A stretch of 64,000 nt of DNA from Candidatus Magasanikbacteria bacterium CG1_02_41_34 (GCA_001871445.1 MNVD01000025.1:8808-72807), one strand, 5' to 3'. Counted from the stretch's first letter, positions 8,557 to 19,900 are shown. The notes: generated by a model not told the origin, from the letters alone. Made by a program: numbers and translations.

Positions 8557-10876
8557 GCAGTCTCACCATTCGTATGTATTCCTTGCCGGTTTTTTGATTC
8601 TCGTAAGGTGCTCCATCCACAACAAACTGAAGCTGATCGCGATAAAGCGCGACTGCATTTTTATTTTCAGTACGAACTACAAGTGAAATAGATTTCCGTG
8701 GATCTTGTCTATCAAGTATTTCTGAAAAAAATGCGCTTCCTATATGTAACCCCTGCACGCCCTTCATCGCATTTACAAAACCGGTGTACAAATTTCCATC
8801 TTCAGTGGTATCAAATCTTGCAAAGGCCACCACTGTGTCATCTTTTTTTAGCATATATATCATATGCCCTGATTCAGTCATCACAGGATCAAATTCTCCT
8901 TCTACTCGTTGCTTTGCAAATTCTGATGAGACATCAAGCCTGTTATCGTGAAACATTTTGCGAAGTTCCTCACGCTCAGACGAAGTAAGGTCTGCACTAT
9001 CTTTCTGAAGAATGTCTACTCCACGCATTGCTTCAAAATCTACTTTTTTCTGACTTGCTGTCATTTCTTTGAACAACACCCCAAAAGAAAAAACATTCGC
9101 ACGTAAACTCTGCAATTGAATCAAATATTGTTTCCTTTTTTTCTCATCTGCATGCAACAATGTATCAAGGAGTGCATACGCGCGAGAAGCAATCTGATCA
9201 GTAATCCTTGGAATATTTACTTCTTGGTCTCTCTGTCCATCCAGATAAAATTCTTTCACTCGCGCATCGACAACATCCAACTCAGCAATAATTTTATTAT
9301 ACAAAATAAATACTGTTTCTTTTGTATGTTCTTCTATGCCTTCATCTTCGGCAAAAGATACAATAGCAGCACCGATATTTGCATTTTTCTCTGATGCAAT
9401 AAACACACGGACCCCATAAATCCCATATGTCTCTTTCAATTTTTTTGCCTGTTTCCATTCTTCCGTAGTGGAATTTTTCCAATACTGAAACATCCACACC
9501 TGCTCTCGGAGCGTAAGATCACTCATCCTGATGCCACCAATTTCACCAAACACTTTTTCATAAAAATCTGTATAGTCTGCGAGAAATTGTTGACGAATAT
9601 CATCAGGAGTATCAGCATCAGAAAAAAGTAAATCTCTCGACACTTCTAGCAAGGCAGCATCTTGTTCGGACACAATATCAGCTAATTCCCCTAGCTTAAA
9701 ATAGGAAATAAGTCCACCTTGCTTATCAAAAATTCCAACTTTTCCATCCACTGTAATACGTCTTGCATTTTCCGCTTTTGAAATGTCTCCCTTTAAAACA
9801 AAACTTTTTTCCAAATATGTGACGACTCCTTTTTTGATTCCAATTTTACCAGCTTCAAGTCTGTGCCAAATTGCATTTGCCGCCGATCGAATAAATCTAT
9901 CCTCATGTGTCGCAAGTCCTTTTGTTTGCAATTGATCTATTGTATATTGGGAGTCTATCTGACTGCATGCCGTTGCTATCACAGGAATGAAATAGGCACT
10001 TTGCTTTTGCATAAATGACAAAAGAGCATCAACGCTTCGATGTGTACCCTGCTCACCTATTCTACGAATGAGTTGATAGATGCGATAAGAACTTACGTTA
10101 TCAAAATATCTATTTGCTGAGACATCCAAATCAGCATAGGCATCATTGCCTTTGAGGTCAACATCACTATAAAACATTCCCCCTGATCCTAACTCCAAAT
10201 TTTCACCTAAGACATCCAAGAGGTCAACAAAAACTTCTTCCCACTCTGAGGCATATTGTGGGTACTGCGTAGCTAATCTGTCAATTGTTTCAATCAATTG
10301 ATATTCAAAACGGTCTTCATCCGTCGGACTACTTATTGTCTCAATATTCTCATTCAAAAATTTCATTCCGCGATCCTCACCGACCTGTTGCAAAAAATCG
10401 CTTGCGGCTCTCCTTTTTAACTCTCTACTTTTATGAAAGTTCCCTAAAATAGGTTCAAGGTTGGATCCATATGGAGGCTCAACCAACATATTTTGTATAA
10501 CAACTTGAATCTCTGCAACCAGGGCACGTATATCTCCATTTTTCTTTTCCAAAATATATGACAACATTTCTGGACAGGGGATCTCTTCCTCGCTGGTCCG
10601 AATGTTACTCATTAAAAGAAACTGCAATGTGCCAAGATCTATATTGTTTAATGCCTCTTTTGCTTCACGAATCTTGTGATTTTCTGAATAGTCACCATAG
10701 CAAATGTCCCCCAATGTTTTTGGAGAGTATTCTCTTATTAATGTATTTCTCAACTGTCCAAACTCTTCATGCAACATATCCTGTTCTTCTGCGGAGTCAG
10801 TTACTTGGTCACTTGTTTGATCCATTGGATCTTCCAAATGCTGTGTAAATTGTGGATCATTATCCATACGATACAT
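8531..10876 (-). CDS. large hypothetical protein with C-terminal GNAT-like domain
   Basis: 781-aa ORF; C-terminal QGLHIGSA...NKNAVALY motifs. Confidence 0.7.
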   Translation of the reverse strand: MYRMDNDPQFTQHLEDPMDQTSDQVTDSAEEQDMLHEEFGQLRNTLIREYSPKTLGDICYGDYSENHKIREAKEALNNIDLGTLQFLLMSNIRTSEEEIPCPEMLSYILEKKNGDIRALVAEIQVVIQNMLVEPPYGSNLEPILGNFHKSRELKRRAASDFLQQVGEDRGMKFLNENIETISSPTDEDRFEYQLIETIDRLATQYPQYASEWEEVFVDLLDVLGENLELGSGGMFYSDVDLKGNDAYADLDVSANRYFDNVSSYRIYQLIRRIGEQGTHRSVDALLSFMQKQSAYFIPVIATACSQIDSQYTIDQLQTKGLATHEDRFIRSAANAIWHRLEAGKIGIKKGVVTYLEKSFVLKGDISKAENARRITVDGKVGIFDKQGGLISYFKLGELADIVSEQDAALLEVSRDLLFSDADTPDDIRQQFLADYTDFYEKVFGEIGGIRMSDLTLREQVWMFQYWKNSTTEEWKQAKKLKETYGIYGVRVFIASEKNANIGAAIVSFAEDEGIEEHTKETVFILYNKIIAELDVVDARVKEFYLDGQRDQEVNIPRITDQIASRAYALLDTLLHADEKKRKQYLIQLQSLRANVFSFGVLFKEMTASQKKVDFEAMRGVDILQKDSADLTSSEREELRKMFHDNRLDVSSEFAKQRVEGEFDPVMTESGHMIYMLKKDDTVVAFARFDTTEDGNLYTGFVNAMKGVQGLHIGSAFFSEILDRQDPRKSISLVVRTENKNAVALYRDQLQFVVDGAPYENQKTGKEYIRMVRLPRSQSQNT

Positions 10877-10938
10877 CTATAAAAACAACCACCACAAAAT
10901 TTGTGATGGTTGTATTGTATCAAATTTTCCTAGTAAGT

Positions 10939-13155
10939 CTACCGTCCGCCGTATGGCTTTCGTGGTCCACGAGATCCACCGTTGCGATCACCCCCGGTTC
11001 TCGGTGGTCGAGGTGGCGGAGGCACATAGCCTTCTGGCTTTTCAGTGAGTTCCTTCATGGTGAGGTTCACACGTCCAAGATTGTCAATTTCTTTTACTTT
11101 TACCTTTACTTTGTCCCCAAGCTTCAATACATCGCTTGGTTTATCTGTTCGTCCCCATGAAATTTCACTCACATGGACAAGCCCGTCTTTATTTGGTGTG
11201 AGTGAGACAAAAGCTCCGAAGTCTTCGATACGAACGACTTCTCCGTCATAGATTTCTCCAGCTTCGACCGTCTTTGTAATCATCTCAATCTGACGAACTG
11301 CTTCTGCCATAGCATCTGCATCGTTTGATGTGAGGAGGACACGACCATCTTGTTCGATGTCGATCGTAACGCCTGTTTCAGCAGTAAGTTTTTTGATTGT
11401 CTTTCCACCAGGTCCGATAATATCTCCAATTTTCTCTGGATCGATCTGAATGGTCACGATGCGTGGCGCGTATTCAGACAATTCTGCTCGTGGCTCTGCA
11501 ATGACGGCTTTCATGCGTTCAAGAATTTCTCTTCGAGCGACCACAGACTGAACAAATGTTTGTTCCACAATGTCCCACGTGAGACCTTGTGTTTTTGTAT
11601 CCATCTGAACAGCGGTAATACCATCGTATGTTCCAGCGATTTTGAAATCCATACCACCTTTGCCATCTTCTACATCTTGTAAATCGGTAATCACTTTCCA
11701 TTTGCTAGACCCATCAAGATCAGATGCAAGTCCCATCGCAATACCAGCAACGGCTTTTTTCATCGGAACGCCTGCTGCCATGAGTGAGAGTGAAGACGCA
11801 CAAGTCGATGCCATAGAGCTCGATCCATTGGATCCGAGGACTTCACTGGTTGTACGAATAGCGTACGGGAATGATTCTTCGAGAGGGAGCATGGGTTCTA
11901 CTGCGCGCTCAGCGAGTGCACCGTGTCCAATAGCTCGTCGACTTGGTCCACGCATCCATCCTGTCTCACCATAGGTAAATGGCGCATCAGAATAATGGTG
12001 CATGTATCGCTTCAGCCCGTCTTCCATCATGTCGTCGAGAAGCTGGATGTCTCCAGGCGCACCGAGTGTGACCGTGGTCAAGACTTGTGTATCTCCACGC
12101 ATAAACATAGCCGAGCCATGCACGCGAGGAATCAAATCCACTTCAATATTGAGTGGGCGAACTTCTGTCAATGTACGTCCATCAAGTCGTTGATCTTTTT
12201 CTAAAATTCGTTTGGTAATTTCTGCACCGACAAGATACTGCACTTTTTTCAAGACAAGCTTTACAATATCTTCTTCAACGCCCTGTTCGAGCAAATGTGC
12301 ACTTGTGGCTTCTTCGATAGCACTTACCATCGCAACACGTTCTTTTCGTCCTGTTTTTACAGAATCAAACATCATCGTGTCAGCAACAGATACAAGAAAT
12401 GCCTCTGCTTTCTTTTTTGCGTCAGCGACGTCGGTTGATTCTCCGGCATCAGCAGACGGATATACTTTTTCTTGTCCAATCTCTGATTGGACTTGTTTGA
12501 TAAGCTCAATGACAGGTTGCAATTCATTGCAGCCCCACTTCATAGCATCTACAAAGTCAGTATCAGTGATTTCTGTTGCGCCTGCTTCTACCATGACAAG
12601 TTTTTCTGGTGAGCCGGCAACAATCATATCAAGATCTCCTTCTTTGACCATCTCGTCGGTTGGATTGAGAATAAATGCTCCATCCTTACGACCAACTGCG
12701 GCTCCACCGATAGGACCATTCCAAGGAATGTTTGACATGGTGAGTGCAGCTGAGGCAGCAATGAGTCCTACGGCTTGTGTTTCTGCGGTGCCATCAATAG
12801 AGAGTGGCGTCAGAATCACCTGGATTTCATTTCGCATGGTGTCATCAAACAGCGGTCTGATAGATCGATCGATAATACGACCAGAAAGGACCACCCAATC
12901 ACTTGGGCGTCCTTCTCGTTTCATAAAACGTGAGCCTTTGATTTTTCCTGCTGCAGAAAGTTTCTCTTGAAACTCGACAGAGAGAGGAAAAAAATCCATG
13001 TCACTCTTTCGACTCGACATGATGGCCGTTGCCAAAATCATCGTGTCTCCATAACGAACAGTACAGCTTGCATTCGCTTGGAGGGCAAGTTTGCCGACTT
13101 CTATCGTCAGCGTGCGGCCTCCCCATTGGGTTGACCATTGTTTTACATCGAGCAT
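10939..13155 (-). CDS. pnp: polyribonucleotide nucleotidyltransferase
   Basis: RRAIGHG, SNGSSSMAS, GGMDFKIAG; KH and S1 domains. Confidence 0.98.
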   Translation of the reverse strand: MLDVKQWSTQWGGRTLTIEVGKLALQANASCTVRYGDTMILATAIMSSRKSDMDFFPLSVEFQEKLSAAGKIKGSRFMKREGRPSDWVVLSGRIIDRSIRPLFDDTMRNEIQVILTPLSIDGTAETQAVGLIAASAALTMSNIPWNGPIGGAAVGRKDGAFILNPTDEMVKEGDLDMIVAGSPEKLVMVEAGATEITDTDFVDAMKWGCNELQPVIELIKQVQSEIGQEKVYPSADAGESTDVADAKKKAEAFLVSVADTMMFDSVKTGRKERVAMVSAIEEATSAHLLEQGVEEDIVKLVLKKVQYLVGAEITKRILEKDQRLDGRTLTEVRPLNIEVDLIPRVHGSAMFMRGDTQVLTTVTLGAPGDIQLLDDMMEDGLKRYMHHYSDAPFTYGETGWMRGPSRRAIGHGALAERAVEPMLPLEESFPYAIRTTSEVLGSNGSSSMASTCASSLSLMAAGVPMKKAVAGIAMGLASDLDGSSKWKVITDLQDVEDGKGGMDFKIAGTYDGITAVQMDTKTQGLTWDIVEQTFVQSVVARREILERMKAVIAEPRAELSEYAPRIVTIQIDPEKIGDIIGPGGKTIKKLTAETGVTIDIEQDGRVLLTSNDADAMAEAVRQIEMITKTVEAGEIYDGEVVRIEDFGAFVSLTPNKDGLVHVSEISWGRTDKPSDVLKLGDKVKVKVKEIDNLGRVNLTMKELTEKPEGYVPPPPRPPRTGGDRNGGSRGPRKPYGGR

Positions 13156-13360
13156 AGATCAGCTTGATTTAGATGCTGATCTGGAAAAGATAGATCTTTA
13201 CCGTGCATCCATCTGGTGCACTGGCTTGAGACCTAGATTTCTCAAGATCAGCGTAAATAATGTACTACGTACTACGTAGAAACGTAAGAAGCAATCTACA
13301 TATTACTTATTACTTGCTACGTATTACTTCCATGAAGGAAGAACAAAATTGTTTTTCTCA

Positions 13361-13936
13361 TTACTTGGTTTTTTCTTCTGCTCTCCGTCGTTTTGCCGCC
13401 ATACGATCTGGAATGGTAAACTTTGCTTGGTCGTGTGAAAGGTCAATAAAGTCATCAGCGCTTTCGATCAACCACCCTGAGGTGGTCTCGCCAAACGCCA
13501 CAACTTCAACTTGCTTTCCAGAACTTTTTTGCAAATATTCCACCAGCGGCACATAATCTCCATCACCAGACACAATAATAACAGCATCGAGACTTGGCGC
13601 AAGACGGATAGCATCGACGGTAAGCCCCACATCCCAATCTGCTTTTTTGTTTCCAGAGCTAAAAATTTGCAAATCCTTTTCTCGTGTTTCAATACCAAGA
13701 TTGTACAGTGCTTCGAAGAATGGTTGTTCTTCCTGTGTCTCTGTACGGACAACGTATGCAATCGCACGAATAAGTTTTCTGCCTGCAACAGCTTCCTGTA
13801 CAATGTTGCCAAAATTGACTTTCTTGCCAAACAAATTTTTGGCAGAATAGTACATGTTTTGCACATCAATAAACACCCCGACACGTTGCTCGGGGTGTTT
13901 GAGTGGATTCTTATTTTTCTGTGGTTTCTGAGTCAT
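13361..13936 (-). CDS. NYN (LabA/DUF88) domain protein
   Basis: FIDVQN, KADWDV, SGDGDY, ADDFIDL. Confidence 0.92.
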   Translation of the reverse strand: MTQKPQKNKNPLKHPEQRVGVFIDVQNMYYSAKNLFGKKVNFGNIVQEAVAGRKLIRAIAYVVRTETQEEQPFFEALYNLGIETREKDLQIFSSGNKKADWDVGLTVDAIRLAPSLDAVIIVSGDGDYVPLVEYLQKSSGKQVEVVAFGETTSGWLIESADDFIDLSHDQAKFTIPDRMAAKRRRAEEKTK

Positions 13937-14252
13937 CTGTAATATCTACGGTTTCTTCTTTTTTTACAGGCTTCGCAAGTTTTTTCGCTTGCTTGAGTTT
14001 GAGGTCAATGACCAATGCTTCGTAGCCTTTATTATCTTCTTTTTTCAAATAACGGAGGAGTCTTCGTCGTTCTCCTACTTTGCGGAGAAGTCCTCGTCGT
14101 GAAGAATGATCCTTGTGATGTTTTTTCAAATGATCGACCAATTCATCGATCTCTGTTGTCAAGATAGCAATCTGCACTTGACTTGATCCAGTGTCGCCTT
14201 CGTGGGTTTGATACTTTTTGATCACGTTCTGTTTTTTTCGCTTTGTAAGCAT
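13911..14252 (-). CDS. rpsO: 30S ribosomal protein S15
   Basis: DTGSSQVQIAILT...KDHSSRRGLL; start at MLTKRKK. Confidence 0.97.
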   Translation of the reverse strand: MLTKRKKQNVIKKYQTHEGDTGSSQVQIAILTTEIDELVDHLKKHHKDHSSRRGLLRKVGERRRLLRYLKKEDNKGYEALVIDLKLKQAKKLAKPVKKEETVDITDDSETTEK

Positions 14253-14403
14253 ACATGCATTATGGTTACTAGGCCGCTCTGGGGCATGTCCGAAGAGAGT
14301 CCAGTCCCGAGGTACTCGGGATATATTAAAAACAGGATTACTATAGCACATTTCAGCCTTCTTGTCAATGGCAGAAAAGATAGATTTGCTAATATTAGCC
14401 AAA

Positions 14404-14443
14404 AACACGAACGCCACCCCTCTTCCAGCAGGGTGGCGTGTTT
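14404..14443 (-). terminator. terminator after the kinase-like gene
   Basis: acgccaccc/gggtggcgt stem with a U-tract on the - strand. Confidence 0.65.
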
Positions 14444-14456
14444 CTCCTTGTTGACC

Positions 14457-15182
14457 TCATCCCATGATGGCGGCGTACGTCCCGTACGACGCCAGCGTGA
14501 TGAAGAAGTTGTCCCACCAAGGGACGTACGCTTCCGCAAGCCCTCCTGCCAGTACAGCAAAGTATTGAGTCATGAACGTTGACGCACCGAGCGTTAACGC
14601 ACCAGTTGCGACAAGACCAAGGTCCAAGAACAACACCATGAGTGATGCCACGAAGATGAAGCTCAAAAAACCTGCCCAGGTCTTCTTATCCTTGCGACCC
14701 GGCAAGTAAGCCCCTTCGATGCTCTTGCCACCGATTCGCGCTGCAGGATCGCCCCACGACAAGATCGTCATGATGAAGAGGGCTTCTATCATCGGTGCGT
14801 GAAACACCAGACGAATGACGACAAGCCCGAGCAGGTAGCTGGACATCGCTGTCAGCTTTCCGCGTTCCTTCGGTCGAATGAACCAACGAGCGATATGCTT
14901 GTAGAACCACTCATACCAATTCGCGTACCAGATGCCAGGCGCCCACTTCTTCGAAGTCCAGTAGCCGGTGATCATGAAGGTCTCCACGACCGGCACGGCG
15001 ATACCGAAACCGATGAGCGTTGCATCGATATCGGCGTCAGTCACCTGTGGCATGACGACGAGTACGAATGCTACAACGTTGAAGATGATGTGCAGGAATG
15101 CACGTCCGAGCTCGAGCTCAGGCTTCTCGTTCGTAGTCGACTTCTTCTCAACGAAATTCTTCGAGTTCACATTGCCCTCCAT
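14457..15182 (-). CDS. CTP-dependent diacylglycerol/polyprenol kinase-like membrane protein (SEC59/DGK1/VTE5 type), GC-rich
   Basis: Multi-TM; RAFLH, GDPAARIGGK, KKTWAG and DNFFI motifs. Confidence 0.75.
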   Translation of the reverse strand: MEGNVNSKNFVEKKSTTNEKPELELGRAFLHIIFNVVAFVLVVMPQVTDADIDATLIGFGIAVPVVETFMITGYWTSKKWAPGIWYANWYEWFYKHIARWFIRPKERGKLTAMSSYLLGLVVIRLVFHAPMIEALFIMTILSWGDPAARIGGKSIEGAYLPGRKDKKTWAGFLSFIFVASLMVLFLDLGLVATGALTLGASTFMTQYFAVLAGGLAEAYVPWWDNFFITLASYGTYAAIMG

Positions 15183-15309
15183 TTGGCAGAAAGTGATACA
15201 TGGTATGTATCATGTGGAGAAAAAAAATACAAGCAACTCAAGTAAGCAAGTAAACAAGTTAACAAGTATTTGTATAAAAAAACTAGTCACGAAATGACTA
15301 GCTTCCTTG

Positions 15310-15810
15310 CTACTCTTTCATCAAAAGTCCCGCTGTCAACGCCACACCCAGTGCATCAGCTGCATCATCCGGCGTTGGTCTTTTTTTGAGTTCTAGTTGT
15401 ATACGAATCATTTCTTGGAGTTGTCCTTTTTCTGCACGACCATACCCAACAATCGCTTGTTTCATTTGAAGTGGCGTAACTTCCTGCACAGGAATGCCGG
15501 CTTCGTGCAAGGTAAGAAGAATAACGCCACGAGCTTCACTTACTTTCATGCCTGTTGTTACATTTTTTGCAAAAAATAATTGTTCTATGCCTGCCTTTTC
15601 TGGCTGATATTTTTTTATTATTTCCAAAAGATCGTGTTTTAATTCCACAAGTCGCTCGGCAAAATCCGCTTTTGTATTTGTCTCGATACATCCATGTGCC
15701 ACATGTACCCACGCCCCACGTTCACCATCAATAACACCATAGCCAATACGTCCATAGCCGGGGTCAATTCCTAATATACGTTGTGATTTTTGAATTGACA
15801 TAAAAAACAT
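15310..15810 (-). CDS. ruvC: Holliday junction resolvase RuvC
   Basis: ILGIDPG, EARGV, PDDAADAL. Confidence 0.97.
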   Translation of the reverse strand: MFFMSIQKSQRILGIDPGYGRIGYGVIDGERGAWVHVAHGCIETNTKADFAERLVELKHDLLEIIKKYQPEKAGIEQLFFAKNVTTGMKVSEARGVILLTLHEAGIPVQEVTPLQMKQAIVGYGRAEKGQLQEMIRIQLELKKRPTPDDAADALGVALTAGLLMKE

Positions 15811-15812
15811 AT

Positions 15813-15955
15813 TCCCCTCCTTACCAAGGAGGGGTTAGCCCGCCTGCAATCCCGATTGAATCGGGAAAGCATTGCGGGCAGGGGGAGGTTTCGCATTATC
15901 AGTGTTCTTCTTTCTGCACAACCCCACCTCAATCCTCCCCTTCGTAAGGGGAGGA
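15813..15955. repeat. REP-like composite palindromic element, copy 2
   Basis: Arms cccctccttaccaaggagggg and cctccccttcgtaaggggagg; contains the shared 47-bp core. Confidence 0.85.
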
Positions 15956-15962
15956 AGCTTTG

Positions 15963-16700
15963 TTATTTTTCATTTGTATATATCTCATTCACATCGTCGA
16001 GCTCATCAAGTGCGTCGTAGAGTTTTTCCATTTTTTCTGCAGTGTCAGCATCCACAGCGACTTCTTCTTTTGCCACCCACTTGAGTCCTGCATCTTCTGG
16101 TTCTGTAATACCACATGTTTTCAATGCTTCAACAACAGATTGAAACTTATCCATTGGACAACGCGCTTCGAGATGTTCATCAAATTCAAGAATATCCGAT
16201 GCACCAGCATCTATCAAAGCAAGATCAAAATCATCTCGTACAGTATTGTTTGTCGCCAATTGATTATTGCTTATGGCAATAACACCAAGTCGTTCAAACT
16301 GCCATTGCACACTGCCTGGCCCTCCCACAGACCCATAATGTTTTGTGAATGCATTTTTTACTTCTGAAACCGTTCTATTTTTATTGTCTGTCAACGTCTC
16401 TACAAGAACCGCTATACCACCCGGTCCATATCCCTCGTAAATAATTTCTTGAATTTCCTCGCCATCCTTCAATTCACCTGTCCCTTTTTTAATAGATCGA
16501 TCAATATTATCTTTTGGAACATTGCCTGCTTTTGCTTTTTCTATCGCAAGACGAAGCGAAAAATTCATTTCAGAGTCTCCTCCATCTTCTTTTGCTGCCA
16601 TCGTGATGGCCTTGCACAATTTCGTAAACAAATTCCCCCGCTGTGCATCTGCCTTTCCTTTTTTGTGTTGAATTTTACTCCATCTTGAATGTCCTGACAT
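15963..16700 (-). CDS. yebC: YebC/PmpR family protein
   Basis: MSGHSRWSKIQHKK, YEGYGPGG, TDNKNRT. Confidence 0.97.
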   Translation of the reverse strand: MSGHSRWSKIQHKKGKADAQRGNLFTKLCKAITMAAKEDGGDSEMNFSLRLAIEKAKAGNVPKDNIDRSIKKGTGELKDGEEIQEIIYEGYGPGGIAVLVETLTDNKNRTVSEVKNAFTKHYGSVGGPGSVQWQFERLGVIAISNNQLATNNTVRDDFDLALIDAGASDILEFDEHLEARCPMDKFQSVVEALKTCGITEPEDAGLKWVAKEEVAVDADTAEKMEKLYDALDELDDVNEIYTNEK

Positions 16701-16907
16701 AGATATTCATATAACATATAACATGCCATGCTGGCAGGTAGGTAGCCTATAACAATTACAGAACTGCACGTATATTATATTACAGTAAATTGAAAGGAAA
16801 TCAAGATCTTGCATAAAAAAACAAAAATCTCAGAAATCCATAAAACCCAAACAAAAAAACAGCCCCGATTCAATCGAGACTGCTTTTTGCTACTTGATTC
16901 GTGTACT

Positions 16908-19900
16908 CTACTCTTGTTCTCGAAACCCAGTTCCCGCAGGAATGAGTCGTCCGATGATCACGTTTTCCTTGAGACCTTCGAGTGGATCCATCTTGCCAGT
17001 AATTGCGGCATTGATCAGGACTTTGCTCGTTTCTTGGAAAGATGCGGCAGAGAGGAAACTTTGTGTAGACAAAGAAATCTTTGACACACCGAGGAACAAT
17101 TCTCGTCCGGCTGCTTCTTTTCCTTTATTTTTCTTTGCCAATTCATTGGCACCGTGGAATTGCGCTTTTTCAACTGTTTCTCCAGGGAGAAGATCTGTAT
17201 CACCAGAATCTTCGACATACATACGGGAGAACATCTGTCGAACAATCAATTCTACATGTTTGTCATTAAGACGTTGTCCTTGTGATGCGTAGATGCTCTG
17301 AATTTCAGAAAGGATGTATCGCTGTACTGCGTCGCGTCCCTTGAGCTCAAAGAGTTCTTGGAGGTCAACACTTCCTTCGGTGAGTTGATCACCTTTTTCT
17401 ACGACATCGCCATTTTTTGCCCACAGTTTAAAGCCGATCTGAACAATGTATTCTTTTTTATGGCTTCCCTGATATCGGAGGGTCAATGATTTTGTACCAA
17501 GTGTAACCACCCCACCGTACTCTGCTTTGACTTCTTCTCCTGTAGTACCACTCACAAAGAGTACTTGATCTTTCTTTACTTTTTGTCCGTCTTCTACTTT
17601 GATATCATCGGCCTTTCGAATTTTCATTTCCACTTCATCCATTCCTTCAAAATGAACCTTGATAATTTTTTGTCCTTTTCGTCCTTCGAATACTTTTCGT
17701 CCAGTTGGACTAGTAATAACTTTTCCATCAGCATCTTCTATTTCAATCGTTCCTGCTACTTCGGAAAGTACTGCTTTTCGTTTTGGCTTGCGTGCTTCAA
17801 AGAGTTCTTCTACACGAGGAAGACCTTGGGTAATATCTCCTCCAGCGACTCCTCCAAGATGGAAGGTACGCATGGTAAGCTGTGTACCAGGTTCACCGAT
17901 AGACTGCGCAGCGATGATACCAACGGCAGTTCCTTTTTTTACAACATTGCTGTTGGAAAGATCGAGACCATAGCACGTCGCACAGACTCCCTTTGGCAAA
18001 TGACATTGGACCACACTGCGGACATGAACTTCTTCCACGCCTTCAGATTCAACCTGTCGAGCAATTTCTGCCGTAATAACCTCTCCTGCTTTTATCACTG
18101 TTTTTCGTCCAGCTTTGACATCAGAGAGGACAAATCGACCACCAACACGCTCTGACAATTTTTCACCAATTTGTTCTGAATTTTCTTTCGTAAATATTTC
18201 TCCAATCTCGTCTCCACAGTCATCCTGTGTGACCACGACATCTTGTGCAACGTCTACCAGACGACGCGTCAAGTATCCTGCATTTGCAGTACGAAGAGCC
18301 GTATCAGAAAGACCTTTTCGCGTACCGTGAGAAGAAATAAAAAATTCAAGTACATCAAATCCTTCTTTGAAGTTTCCTGTGACAGGAAGTTCGATGATGT
18401 CTCCACTCGGAGAAGCAACGAGTCCTTTCATACCAATAACCTGTCCGAGCTGTCCCCAAGATCCACGAGCACCAGAGTCAATCATAGCAAACACTGGACC
18501 TTCTTTATCGAGTGCTTGTTTGTTGAATGAGACAACACGATCTTTAACATCAGTCCAAATTTCGAGCACCTTTGCATGTCGCTCTGATCCAGTCAACAAT
18601 CCTTCTGCATATTGTTCTTCAACAAGTGCAACACTGTCTCCACCTTCTTCGAGAATGGCTTTCTTTTCATCGATACGACCAAAGTCATCCATGCCGAGAG
18701 AATATCCAGACTTTGTGACATATTTGAATCCAACCTCTTTGATTCTATCGAGGATTACCGCTGTTTCTGCTTGCCCATAAAACTCAAGCATCGACGCAAT
18801 GATCTTTGACAAATGTTTTTTGGTAATTGGTTCATTATAATATTCAATCTTTTCTGGATAGATTTCATTGAAGAACACACGTCCAATAGACGTTTCAACA
18901 ATATGATTTGTTCCTTCTGGGAATTTTTCCATGAAGGTTTTGCCAAAACGAATTTTTACTCGTTCTTGCACTTTGATCTCTCTTGTCTTGTAGGCATATT
19001 TTGCCTCAGTAACATTGGAAAAGAACTTCGTGACTTCACCGGTATCACCTTCTGCATATCGTGTCAGATAATATGAACCGAGTGTAATATCTTGTTGTGG
19101 GGTAATGATTGGCTGTCCAGTCGCAGGCTTCAACAGATTTTTTTCTGCCGCCATGATGTGTTCTGCTTCCCACTTTGCTTCTTCTGTCAGTGGGAGATGA
19201 ACTGCCATTTGGTCTCCATCAAAGTCGGCATTGAAGGCTGGGGTCACGAGTGGATGAAGCTGAATAGCTTTTCCTTCGATCAATTTTGGTCGGAATGCCT
19301 GAATACCAAGACGATGCAAGGTAGGAGCACGATTGAGAAAGACACGTGTTTTACTCGTCAATTCTTCGAGAATATCCCATACTTCTGGTGCATTGGATTC
19401 GATGTATCGTGATGCACTTCGGACATTGTGTGCGAGTTCACGCTTGATGATTTCACTCATGACAAATGGTTTGAACAGTTCAAGTGCCATACGTTTTGGC
19501 AAACCACATTCGTGAATTTTCAAATTTGGTCCGACAACGATAACAGAACGACCAGAATAGTCGACACGTTTTCCAAGCAAGTTTTGTCGGAAACGTCCTT
19601 GCTTTCCTTTCAAAATATCGGCAAGGGAACGCAATTTTCGTTTTTGTCCTGTTGAGGCAGTAACGGTCTTTGCAGAACGTGCATTGTTATCGATGAGCGC
19701 GTCGACAGCTTCTTGGAGCATGCGTCGTTCATTGCGACAGATGACTTCTGGCGCATTGAGAGCAAGGAGTCTTCCGAGGCGATTGTTTCGATTGATCACA
19801 CGTCGATACAGATCGTTCAAATCTGATGTTGCAAATCGTCCTCCATCAAGTGCAACCATAGGACGAAGGTCAGGTGGAATGACAGGAATTGTCGTGAGCA

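Noticed and set aside
15206-15221. parS-like tgtatcatgtggagaa
   Set aside because: Several mismatches, isolated, and overlapping a local hairpin.
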